The notes under the pieces: generated by a model
The model's input: the letters and a program-made list of their open reading frames with translations, nothing else
Databases searched by the model: none
Told to the model about the DNA's origin: nothing
DNA from: Rhodosorus marinus CCMP1338
Lineage: Eukaryota > Plantae > Rhodophyta
Length of the DNA: 64,000 bases
Assembly (NCBI GenBank): GCA_029953675.1
Contig: JAMWBK010000006.1
Coordinates: forward strand, 1,674,001 to 1,738,000
Direction: 5' to 3'
Translations under genes and position numbers: made by a program
Shown: positions 12,458-23,244 of the stretch, piece after piece
Numbering within the stretch: position 1 is the first letter of the stretch
How the letters are laid out: each line of letters starts with the position of its first letter

Positions 12458-14273
12458 CTACTTGTATCCCAGCATGGCAAAGTCATCCTTGAACGTTGAT
12501 TTCACCTTGTTCTTGATGTCATCCGTATAATACTGTTCAATGGAGTCCTTGGTACCCCCGCTAGGAAACCTAATTTCATCCTGTGTCGGAAAGTGGTTCT
12601 CTTTGCCGCCGGATATCCACTCGATAATAGGCGGTGCATAAATTTCAACATCCTCGAGCTTGCCGACGAAATCATATGGGAAGAGCCCAATACCACACAG
12701 AAACGCCTGCGGGGCCCAATGCTCATTCATCTCCTCGTTTGACTTGTACGGAATCTGGTTGACAAAGTCTTCAAACGAAGGCCTAGCACGCAGTCGCAGC
12801 AGTGGTTGAGTAAAACATTTTAGAGAAAGTTGTGGGCATGGAGCTGAAAGTTCTGTCACGGGAAACACCCCAAGAACTCAGTGCTTCGAGCAAACCATAC
12901 CTCTCTTCGTTGACGATGTCATGAGTCTCTATATAATTCCAGTCGTAGAGCTGCGCCATAAATTCCTTATACTCGTCACCATCCTTTTCCTTGTTTACGA
13001 ACTTGTTCAGGTAGCACGATAGTGTTCTCGACAACGGATCACGGGCGAACGTGAATTTGAGTATGCTCTTATCTTCTAAAAGCCTCTTCAGATCGTCCTT
13101 AGAGTAGTGGTTGACGTATTTCAGCCCGTTCTTACTCTTATCATGTGCAAGCGCAAGGTCCTCAAAATCTTCAAACCCTTCATGTTTGCGGATCATCAAT
13201 TTCCAATTGCTGTTTGCCGCCTTTGGAATTGGGCAGTACATAACTTTCGCTTTCTCGGAAACTTGATGAAGGGTCAAAGAGTGTAACAAATAAGACGACC
13301 ACTCCCGCAGATCGCTTTCATGGAGAGAATTCCGTTTTCAATCTTACCGATAACGCGGTTTGCACAGGGATGCGCCAAAATGGCGTCGACATCCAGGCTG
13401 TCCGGTTCAACCTTAAATTCGCGAAGTTTGGCTAAGGGAGTGTCTGCTGGATCTTCCGGTTGAGCCTGATCCGCCTCTGCCAAAGAAAGGTCTTCTTCTT
13501 CTTCCTCAGATTCTGCTGTACCGCTCGAAGTTGTCATCTGCACATAGCAAAAGAAAATTTTGACATAGGAGAGAGCATAAGAGAGAGATCCCGTCGATTG
13601 GAACGCCTCTAGTTCTTTGAGTATATCTTTTCTTACCTGAGAAACGGAACTCTTCAGCTCGTCAAAGCTTTTACCGGATGATTGGATGCCCGAGCCTGTG
13701 CTCGCGGTATTTCCAGAATAAGACACGCTTGAGTCCGTCTGCATATACAAATAGATACATAAGAGCATGAAGAACAGGCACAAAGGTCTCCACGGTACAA
13801 GGTTCATGATGTTTGATGCCTTTCTGTACATCTTCGAAGGATTAAATCCCTGTCCGTAGGAAGGAAACGAGTTTCGGTGCTGGGCATAAGTCAAGTGCAA
13901 AAAAGCGTCGCGAACGGTCGCTCCAGTGAGCACAATCAAACTGTTCCCAAGGACCCCACTTCGGGACATCCTTCTCCGTGAATCAAAAACACCGGCCTTC
14001 GCTTATCATACGTACCTTTCCTGAGTCATATGCTGGTGGCGCGTACGTCGGCTGTTGCTGCGAGCGCTGAAACATCTGCGGAGGCTGGAAAGAGCCAGGA
14101 ATATACTGCATCGGAGGGCTCAGCCTATGCTCCAACCCTGGCGGGGACGACACCCTTCGGTACCCCGCATATCCAGGCCCCGCTTGCCCATCACCGAAAC
14201 TCTGTTGTCCCATCCCCGGACTGTCCATATTCCCGCTGTGATAGCTTCCATTAGGAAACTGAGACCCATCCAT
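12458..14273 (-). CDS. Golgi type-II membrane carbohydrate sulfotransferase (Sulfotransfer_2 / CHST8-14-like)
   Basis: 5'-PAPS-binding YCPIPKAANSNWK, 3'-PAPS-binding FTFARDPLSRTLSCY, HWAPQAFLC and YDFVGKLE motifs; single TM segment LCLFFMLLCIYLYM followed by an acidic stem. Confidence 0.9.
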
Positions 14274-16124
14274 CTTACAGAACCTTCTGCTCAGCCAAAA
14301 CCAAAACAAAACAAAATCCCCTCTAGGCCCCTTCTCCCCCTCACGAAACCGGAGACCCCTCCACAAAACCCAAACGTGCTCAGTTCTAGCTCAGTAGCAG
14401 ATGAGCCCAGCCCTTCTCTCCCTCCCTCCCCTCCCTCCCACAATCGGTTGGTTGCCAGTCTCAAAGAACTTAATCCTTCCCTTTGCCTATTCCCTCCATT
14501 GTCAGAACCCTCATCATCCAAGACCCAAAATTAAAAACACAAAAACTCTAAATCTAGATTGTTACCCTAGTTTATCGTAGAAACTCCCTAGCTAACACCC
14601 AACACACCGCCCCACAGATACAAAGAGACCCAGACTGTCCTTAGCAATGCCTAAATAAAAACCTCGACTTCTTCAGATTTTACACTTTCAGACACGTTAT
14701 TAACCAGACATTTTTTTTGTTTTCGAATCCCATTTTTTTTCTTCACCTAATTACAAACACCAAACGAGATGAGAAAACCCTATAACGATTATTTTTACAA
14801 GTATTCGTATCGCTGGAAAATTTTGTTTCCGTTTTTCAATACATCGAGAAATGTAGTGTGGCGACCAGGACCGTCGAATACGGACATTTTTCCTTTTTTT
14901 TACGACTTGGTTGAGGAGAAGCCACCGGAAGAAGATTGATAAATTCTCCCCCCCCCCCTTACATCGAACAAAAACTAATATTCACTTATAGTAGAAATAA
15001 AAAACGGGTTTCGTGTCGCCTCAAACTCAACGTTCAAAAGGGTCCCAAGAAATTAATTAGTGCGGATATGGTCGAAAAGTATTGAAATGACCCCCCAACC
15101 AACGGGAGCACGTGTCCCCTGTGAGTTGTTTTTGGTGTCCAATGCTTTTGTTTTGTATAGAGTATAAAAAAAAGGTCAGCCCCAAAATCTTTTGACGGGG
15201 GAAAAAAAAATTAAGCGGGCCGCTTGCTTAGAAAAAATTCTCAGGTTTAGAAAAGTTGGAAAATGATAGGGTGTAATTATTAGAACTATTCAAGTTGAAT
15301 ATCGTAAATACAGTGCCACTCATACAGAAGCCTCGATTTAGAGGACACGTGCTAGTGTTTTGTTTGTTCATATGACACGTAGGGAGTTGTTAGCACAATA
15401 CTATTGGCTACTGGAGACACGTTTCAAACTATCGCTTATCTAAGTGAGTTGACTAAATCATGTAATTTCTGGGGAACTAATCTTTTTGATTTGGCTCATT
15501 GCACGCTTGGAAAAGCTTGGGACCCCCTACTCTTTATCTGCCTTTTCTTGTAAATATCATATAATGGAAATCAAATGAAGATATTCTGAATTTCTAAATG
15601 GACAGACAGGTAGCCGACCTCGTGTTTCCTCAGGGTACTGACAAAGGGTTTTTCTGGGTCTAGTCAATTTCCAAGTATTGATTGCTTGTTCACTGATGTT
15701 GAGGGAATGTGATTCGGATGGCCTTCTAGTATCCTCAGTGCGTACCACTTGACAGATGGCGCTTACAAAAAAAAGCGAACAGGAGCAAAGTCCTCCAGAA
15801 TAAGCCCCAATTGGAAAACATGCAACCAGTTTTCAAAATCAATCTTCCCTTTATTTAGGCATTGCAAAGGACAGTCTGGGTCTCTTTGTATCTGTCGGGC
15901 GGTGTGTTGGGTGTTAGCTAGGGAGTAACCCCAGACTAACGTAACCCCAGACTAACGCACCCCGATACGGGGGTCGTCAATCGAAAAGTAAGCGGTCGTT
16001 GCTCAGCCTCAAAGGGAAGATTGATTTTGAAAACTGGTTGCATGTTTTCCAAGTGGGGCTTGTTCTGGAGGACTTGCTCCTGTTCGCTTTTTTTTGTAAG
16101 CGCCATCTGTCAAGTGGTTTCAAG

Positions 16125-17827
16125 ATGACTGTTGGCCAGGCAGTCCTGTACCACTTGGGGAGTTGCGAACAGCTTTGTCATATGTGTTGCATCTGGCCTT
16201 CCTGTCGCTCTTCGCATCGTGAAAAGCTTAACAGCGCTTTCATTATGATGCGTAAACGCGAACTTGTCCGTAGGGAGGTCAAGCTCACCCCAACCGTTCC
16301 AGCCCATCAGCCAGAACTCGATCACGCAAACCTCAGATCTCTACTGGTCCCAACGGAATCGATTTCGCTGATTGTCCACAGATTCCTTCCATTGATCTTA
16401 GCTGTGCCCCACCCTCTTGACAGCTAACTTGATCAGCAGTCTCTTGATCTTGACTGAGTTCGCATTGATTTTACCAAACAAGGGTTTCCAAATACTTGGG
16501 AATGTTCCTCGCCTGCGCCTGCTGAGAACTACGAAGGAGGAAAGCAGCTTGCACGGGTTATTTTTAACGTTCCGAAGAACGTTTCCAAATGTGAGCAGGG
16601 AGGGGCTGTGATGCTGGCAGGTGCCGATGGACCCATCGCGGAGTGTCGTGTTCCATTGCCATGTTCGTCAATTCAGACCTGGGCCGGGAGCAGTTCCTCG
16701 TTCGGCATTGTTGCTCTCTCTGGATCTGAAGCCAGCAGCAGGAGGTCTCCCCGCGGCCATGTGACTCTCGTGGACGTAAAGGGCCTAGCTTTGAACGTGC
16801 GCAGCTGTAAGCTCACAAACGCTCGCGTCCTCGACGGATGCTTGTTTGTTGTGGATTACCGCCTATATCTAGCTGCAGCGGACGCGCAGGGATATTTGAC
16901 AGTTTGGAATTATCTTGCTTTTGACTCTCCACTCAGAGCATGGCAAGCCCATACCGGATCGGTAGGTTTCCTCGACCACGTTCAACAATAAACGGGCGAG
17001 CAAATAACGGAAATTTGCTCTGGAACTGTTCTCCTAAAGGCTGAACGCGTCATTCGCAGACCACGCACCCCATTCCAATGCCTCTCGTGCGGCGGTGACG
17101 GGAAAGCAAGGCTATGGGATGTTCCAAGGGTCACTGAAATCCAAGCTTTCGGGTACGCCGTAACAAACCAGAGCCAACTCGCCCGAATGCTCTGACCCCA
17201 ACACCCTATCCACTCCCCATTCTGATTCTCAGCATAGGACGAGACCATCGACGGGTTGTAACGGACATGGCTTGCAGCCCTGCCGGCGACGCTTTTGGAG
17301 CTACAAGTGGCGAGGAATGCTATCTACTGGACATCCGCAGCAACAGAACCTTGTCGACGATTGGTATAAGGTCCGAAGCTTGCTCATGTGCTTGGAGCGA
17401 AGATGGGTCTACAATCGCCGTCGGAGGTGCGGATGGGGTGCTGGCACTGTTCGACGTACGGATGAGCGGTAACCCTTTTACTGCTGTTCAGACTTTCACG
17501 TACGTAGAAGAAAACTTACAGCTAGACCCCACCGCCAGCCAGACCAGTGCGTGAAGCTCACGAGCTGAAATTTCCTGGTTCCTGTGCAGTGGTAGGATAA
17601 GACGAGTTCGCTGGCATCGTGACAATTTGTTAACCTGCGGACAAGATGCACCTGCTGGAATCTGGAGGCGAGCATCTCAACTAGGAAACAGATTCGTGAG
17701 GACGAAGCTTCTTGACAGTCATCAAGGATGTTTATCGGATGTGGATTCTTTCAGCACTGATAACATTGTGACTTGCGGGTTGGATCGTAGTATGAAGCTG
17801 TGGTCGTATCCAGCAGCAAGAATGTAA
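16125..17827 (+). CDS. WD40-repeat protein, possibly with an N-terminal F-box-like motif
   Basis: WD repeats AHTGSVGFL, IAVGGADGVLALFDVR and SHQGCLSDV...IVTCGLDRSMKLWS. The N-terminal YHLGSCEQLCHMCCIW is loosely F-box-like. Start codon uncertain. Confidence 0.65.
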
Positions 17828-17942
17828 CCTTTAGGAAAGGGAACCAACAAACCTGGATCTATGAAAGCACGGATTTGTTGGAGGAGAACCATTCCGCGTC
17901 GTGTGTTCATTTTTGCAGCTTCAGCTTCTCCTAAGAACTTGT

Positions 17943-19701
17943 TCATTGGAGCTTTCCAACATTCTTCATTACCATAACTCGCGGCTCGGTCATGTCTTCT
18001 ATCGCGTACCGAATTCCTTCACGCCCCAGTCCAGAATCCTTAACTCCTCCATAGGGTTGGGAGTCAACTCGAACTGATGGCACCTCGTTGATAACAACCC
18101 CGCCTGCTTCGATATTCTCAAATGCGAAGAAAGCTTTGTTCACGTTCCGTGTAAAGACGCCCGCCTGAAGCCCAAACCTGGACGCGTTAACACGCTCAAC
18201 TACGTTCTCAAAGTCATCATAAGATTCAATACAGGCTACCGGTCCAAAAACTTCGTTAGAGTAAACGTCACACTGATGAGGAGCATTTTCCATCACCGTC
18301 GCCGGATAGAATCGCCCGTTGCGAACACCGCCACACAGTACCTGACATCGCCAAGGGCCGAGCTATCGTTAGCTACGATTCCGCTTCAAGGCGTGTAGGA
18401 GGCCCAGGCTTGTCTGTTCGTAACGCTCAACCCTCCGTAGCATTTGTGCTGGCATACCTTTCCTCCAGCGGCCTCTGCTTCTTCAACCCATCGCTCCACA
18501 CGGTCAGCTTCTTTTACATCGATCATAGGTCCAATGAATGTAGCTTCGTCCCGCGGGTCTCCCATTCTCAGCTTCTGTGAGGCTGCGACGATCGCATCTC
18601 GAACTCGTCCATAAATGCTAGCATTCACAAAGATCCTTTGAACAGATATGCAGCTCTGTCCAGATTGATAAAACGCGCCATGGATGACTGATTTCACAAC
18701 CGCATCGATGTCCGGTACGACCTCGTCGATGATGCACGCAGCATTTCCACCAAGTTCCAGCGTAACCTGATCGAAAAAACAAACCAGTTTCGGTGCATTC
18801 CTGAGCAAGGCCTCTCGAGTTGTGCGGGCATCTCGCCTGCCATAGTCCAGCGCTCACCTTCTTCTTGCCAGCGCGTTCCTTCATCTTCCATCCGACATCG
18901 GGCGAGCCGGTGAATGAAAGCATCTTGAATCTCGGGTCTACAGTGAAGAGGTCTGCGGATGCTCTGGTACACGGCAGAATAGAAAAGGCACCCGCAGGGA
19001 GCTCTGGAGCTTTCGAAAGGATATCACCAATGATCAGAGCTCCTATGGGTGTTCGGGATGCCGGTTTCATCACGAACGGGCACCCGACTGCGAGAGCCGG
19101 AGCTATTTTATGAGCGGCCAAGTTCAAGGGAAAGTTGAAAGGCGACACCATGGAAATAGCTCCAAGCGGAAAACGTCTCACGATCGATGAAAAGCCTGGA
19201 TCCGAGAGAAACGTTGTAATACTCTGAGCGAGTTTCACATGGGGGGGCACGGCTCGTAGCAGGTGAACAATGATTACCTTCGACTCTAGATGAAATATCA
19301 AGCGGAGCATACTCTCCGTAGATTCTTACTGACTCCTCCGCTGCAATTGTGAAGGTATCGATTAGACGACCAACCTCGCCACGAGCGTCCTTGATCGGTT
19401 TGCCAGCCTCTGCGCAGAGTGCCAACGCTAGCTCTTCGAATCTCTCCTTCATTTCGACTACGGCCCTCTCCAGCACAGCCTTGCGCTTGTAGCTCGGCAT
19501 TGCTGCCATCTGCTTAGATGCTCTGTCTGCCGCAGCAATTGCCTTATCGACAACTGCTTCATCCGCCTGTGCGCATACTGCGTGAACTTCTCCAGTCGCC
19601 TTGTCTATAACCTCAAGGTCCTCATTTGCGAACACCGGTACGTTGCCAAGGTAATATGGATACTTCAGCGGTCCTGTCGAGCCCTTAGGAGCAGCCTGTT
19701 T
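17943..19701 (-). other. ALDH21: ALDH21-family-like (NADP+ succinic-semialdehyde dehydrogenase-like) half of the fusion
   Basis: Close resemblance, from memory, to moss ALDH21: ESVRIYGE.PLDIS, AVGCPFV.KPASRTP, KERAGKKKV.LELGGNA, RVDSQPYGG.KDSG..REG..YA..DM, C-terminal MKNVGKL. Confidence 0.8.
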
Positions 19702-22007
19702 CTATTGGAAACATGTGCAATTGAGTGAAATAGGATACGGCGAAGGGCACAGCCAAACCAAACCAGCTCACCTCCACCTTCACTGGTACGGGGGCCGGGA
19801 CTGCTACTGGTGCTGGTTCAGGTTTCGGCTCTGGCTCCTTATCCATTGGCGCCGGTACCTCCACTGGCTCCCGTGCCACAGGAATCTTGGGCTTCAAGGA
19901 TACCAATTCCTTGACTCTCTCTGCCAGAACTGGGCCGAGAATTTCCGTTGATAGTGTGTAGTCGACCGGGATCTCTACTATGTGGACGCCCTTCAGATTG
20001 ATGACCTTCTCCAGAGTCGGCTCGAGCTCTTCTGAAGAATTGACCCTGTGGCCATGAGCGCCAAAGCTCTCAGCAAGAGCCACAAAGTCGGGATTCACGA
20101 TGCCTGCGCAGCAATTCGTTCTCCTCGCTTAGCTTACGACCAGCGAAGACTCTTAACCAGGGGTACATACCTAAGCCCCATTTTTGGAAACCAGCGGTGT
20201 GCTGTTTCCATTCTATCATTCCGTATGCATTATCGTTAAGGACTATGCACGTCACGTCAATTCCGTGCTCAACAGCTGTGGCAATCTCCTGACTGTTCAT
20301 GGCAAACCCTCCATCACCGCACACCCCGAAGACCTTATGGTCCGGATACTTCAGTTTGACGGCCATGGCGGACGGAAGTCCAGCTCCCATAGTTGCCAGA
20401 GCATTGTCTAACAGCAACGTATTCTGACGATAGGTCTTATACATTCGAGCAAACCTGAAGTTGTTTTTTAGACAGATCCATCCGCAGAGAACCAGTATCA
20501 TTGCTTAGAGTCGCACCAGATAAGGTTCTCTTGACGTGTTTATGGGTCCTTACCAAACCTTGTACATTCCATTGTCAAGACAAACCACGCCATCCTCTGG
20601 CATAGCCTGTCTGATAGCCGCAATTACGCGCTGCGGTGTAAACGGATACCTCGTATCCTGCCAGTGATCAGCAACATGCTTGTCCACAAACTGTTTGACA
20701 GTCATGAACCAGCCGAAATCCCAATGTGGCTGGGGTTCCTTTATCACCTCTTTGATTTGCCAAAGAGCGTTTGCTATATCTCCCACGACATCACAGTGAG
20801 GGAAGTAAACTTCATCCACTTCGCTTGCATAGAAGTTGATGTGCAAAACCTGTTGCCGATCGGCCATTTGACAACTCGGATCAGAACCGGGCCTACGGGC
20901 GGAGCTTAGGTGCTGCGAGGTCGGGTTCCAAGACACGTACCTTGGTTCTGTCATCCCTGTGCATGAAGAAAGGAGGCTTTTCCACAGTATCATGCCCACA
21001 ATTGATGATGAGGTCCGCCTCGTCGGAAGCGCAGTGGACGTAATCATTAGCGGATATAGCTGCTGTCCCAATGAACAGCGGATGCCTCTCGTCGATAACA
21101 CCCTTGCCCTGCTGGGTCGTAATAAATGGTATTCCGAGTGCATCGACAAATTGGCGGAGCGCTCTTGCAGTCCTGGCACGGTTTGCCCCAGCAGCGATGC
21201 AAAGCAGTGGGGATCGAGCCTCGACTATCATTTTCACTGCGGAATCGATCGCCTTCATCTCAGCAATAGCACGACGAACCTACGCGGGATTGGATTATGC
21301 AGAAATATCGATTTAGGATCGACTAAGGTGGGAGGGTTGCACAGATTTTCGGCTCAATGCCCACCGGGAAGACGGGAAACGGCGGATGGTAGGGAACAGA
21401 CTCGCCAGCTATATCCTCCGGAATTTCAAGGTGAACTGGGCCTGGTTTTTCAGTCTCTGCTATCTTCGTTGACCTGCGAACCAAAGATAGCAGCAGTTCT
21501 CCCTCTGAAACCTGCTTGGTGAACTTGCATAGCGGGGTCATCATCTGTACTATGTCGACGATCTGAAAAGATCCCTGTTTTGATGCTCTTATTGGCTTCT
21601 GCCCTGTGATCATCATCATGGGATAGCCTCCTAGCTGAGAATAGGCCGCGCACGTGGTGAAATTGGTAGCTCCGGGGCCCAAGGTACTCAGACAGACGCC
21701 AATCTTTTCAATTGCGAGCAAGGATCCAAATTTTCAGCTGAGAAGAAACAGTTTTTCGCGGGGAGCGTGGCCATAAACAGGCACGACGCACCTTTCCAGT
21801 GACCCGTCCAATCGTAGCAGCCATAAACCCAGCTGCTTGCTCGTGCTTGCATACTACCAGCTTGATTTTCTTGCTCTTTCGAAGGGAATCCAGAACATCC
21901 AGATTCTCCTCACCAGGCAATCCGAACACGAACTCAACGCCCTCGTTCTCCAAGCTTTCAACGAACAAGTCTGAAGCTCGGACCTCGGCTGCCATGGTGG
22001 TCATCAT
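17943..22007 (-). CDS. Fusion protein: ThDP-dependent acetolactate-synthase-like (2-oxoacid decarboxylase) domain + ALDH21-like aldehyde dehydrogenase; 10 exons, roughly 1100 aa
   Basis: All 9 GT-AG introns splice in frame when traced by hand. ThDP part: GLPGEENL, KHEQAAGFMA, GVCLSTLGPGATN, GDGGFAMN...NDNAYGMI. ALDH part: SPFNFPLNL, KPASRTP, SFTGS, LELGGNA, FYQSGQSC, EVFGPV, RVDSQPYGG. The junction intron 19771-19702 gives ...PVKVE|KQAAPKGSTGPLKYPYYLG... Confidence 0.88.
19772..22007 (-). other. ThDP-enzyme half of the fusion (ALS-large-subunit-like) including the Pro/Glu/Ala linker
   Basis: PYR, middle and PP domain motifs as listed for the whole gene; linker PKIPVAREPVEVPAPMDKEPEPKPEPAPVAVPAPVPVKVE. 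Confidence 0.9.
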
Positions 22008-23244
22008 CCAGCAAGCAGCCCCTGCTCAATACGCAAAACGAGAACTATCCCAACCCTCAACAACACCAAAACCCAGCCCTTCTACCCCTCCACGTATCGG
22101 AACGAACAGTGCTGGTGACTACCCCTCCCCCTCCTTTAATCGGAGCTTCTAGCACTATCCACCCTCTTCATCATAGCCAAGCTGTACACATCAGTGTCCT
22201 CTCTTCCCCATATCTTCTAGCCCAGCTTTGGACTATCTCTCCGATTGCGAACATCCACAAAGGCCAATCATCAAAACGCAGAAAACCTCACTAGATATTT
22301 TCAATCAATAATTTCTAAAATTGCTTTCTTTTACTAAATAATCAATCTTTTTGCTTAGTGGATACATATTTCAATTTTCTTATATAATTCTATGTATCTC
22401 TGAGTCATGTGTGTATTAAAAAACACTAGAAACACAATCTTTTTGGACTGCGGGACGCTGGGACTTCAGTTTTTACTTCGTATTTCAATATTTAAGTTAA
22501 CAGGTTGAGAGAAAAAAAGAGCGTATATTGATTGACTTTGATTATTGGATTTCAAATAACGAAAGAAATTGTGCATAGCTCTAATCGGAATAGATGATTG
22601 GCTAAAGGTTTCTTTTCTGTTTTTTGGTTAAGTATTGGTTGGTCGGATTGCTTGCGATGATGAATTGTATTAATCTTAGATTCGATTTGGTTTCCCTTTG
22701 ATGGGACAGCTATGGACAGCCATTTCTCTTTTGGGTTTGAAGGTTATTTTTGATTTTTACGATACATTGGGAGGGGCGAGATGCGGATGGATATTTTGGG
22801 TAGTGGATCGTATATTCCTCTTGGGTTTTGGGTTTGTTTCTTGTTTTGGGTAAATTTTGAAGCTTTTTGGCTGGTTGCCGAAGTGATCCAGGAAGTACAA
22901 TGGGCATTTTGAGTGGGACGCCACCGCTACCTACCTGAGTCGATTGAGCTCGCCGTCAACAGTAGTTATCGCGGCTGCTGGGAACCCGCCGGCTAAAAGA
23001 AACGCAATGATGAACTCATACGGGAGCCGAGCCGATGGATGCACCTGTGGAATTTCACTGGCCTCCAAGTCGAGCTCAAGGGGTTCTTTCCCGGGTCAGT
23101 TATTCGTCCTGACATTGTAGCGGCAATCAACGTTTGCACGCGCTGGACGTAATTGTGACATCCCCATTGCAACGTCACCAATTGAATCACGCCAGCACCC
23201 TCGGCTATGCCGCCGTTTCTCCAGCTGGCGTGCCTCAAAGATCC

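Noticed and set aside
2051-14273. Golgi functional cluster (TRAPPC6, COG1, sulfotransferase)
   Set aside because: Three loosely related genes interspersed with unrelated ones; consistent with chance.
20959-21522. Long plus-strand ORFs antisense to real genes (also e.g. 5789-6148, 10312-10647, 36017-36481, 40365-40901)
   Set aside because: Shadow ORFs opposite well-supported exons, with no motifs.
17943-22007. Two separate genes (bacterial operon or contamination)
   Set aside because: Nine in-frame spliceosomal introns, an in-frame junction, no ATG for the ALDH half, and intron-containing eukaryotic neighbours.
19772-22007. Canonical biosynthetic AHAS (ilvB)
   Set aside because: No transit peptide; GLPGEENL instead of the G(Y/I)PGG signature; fusion to an ALDH makes sense for an aldehyde-producing decarboxylase but not for acetolactate synthesis.
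23030-23160. Copia reverse-transcriptase call
   Set aside because: Only a faint RPDI-like match; no YVDD motif, LTRs or RNase H motif found.
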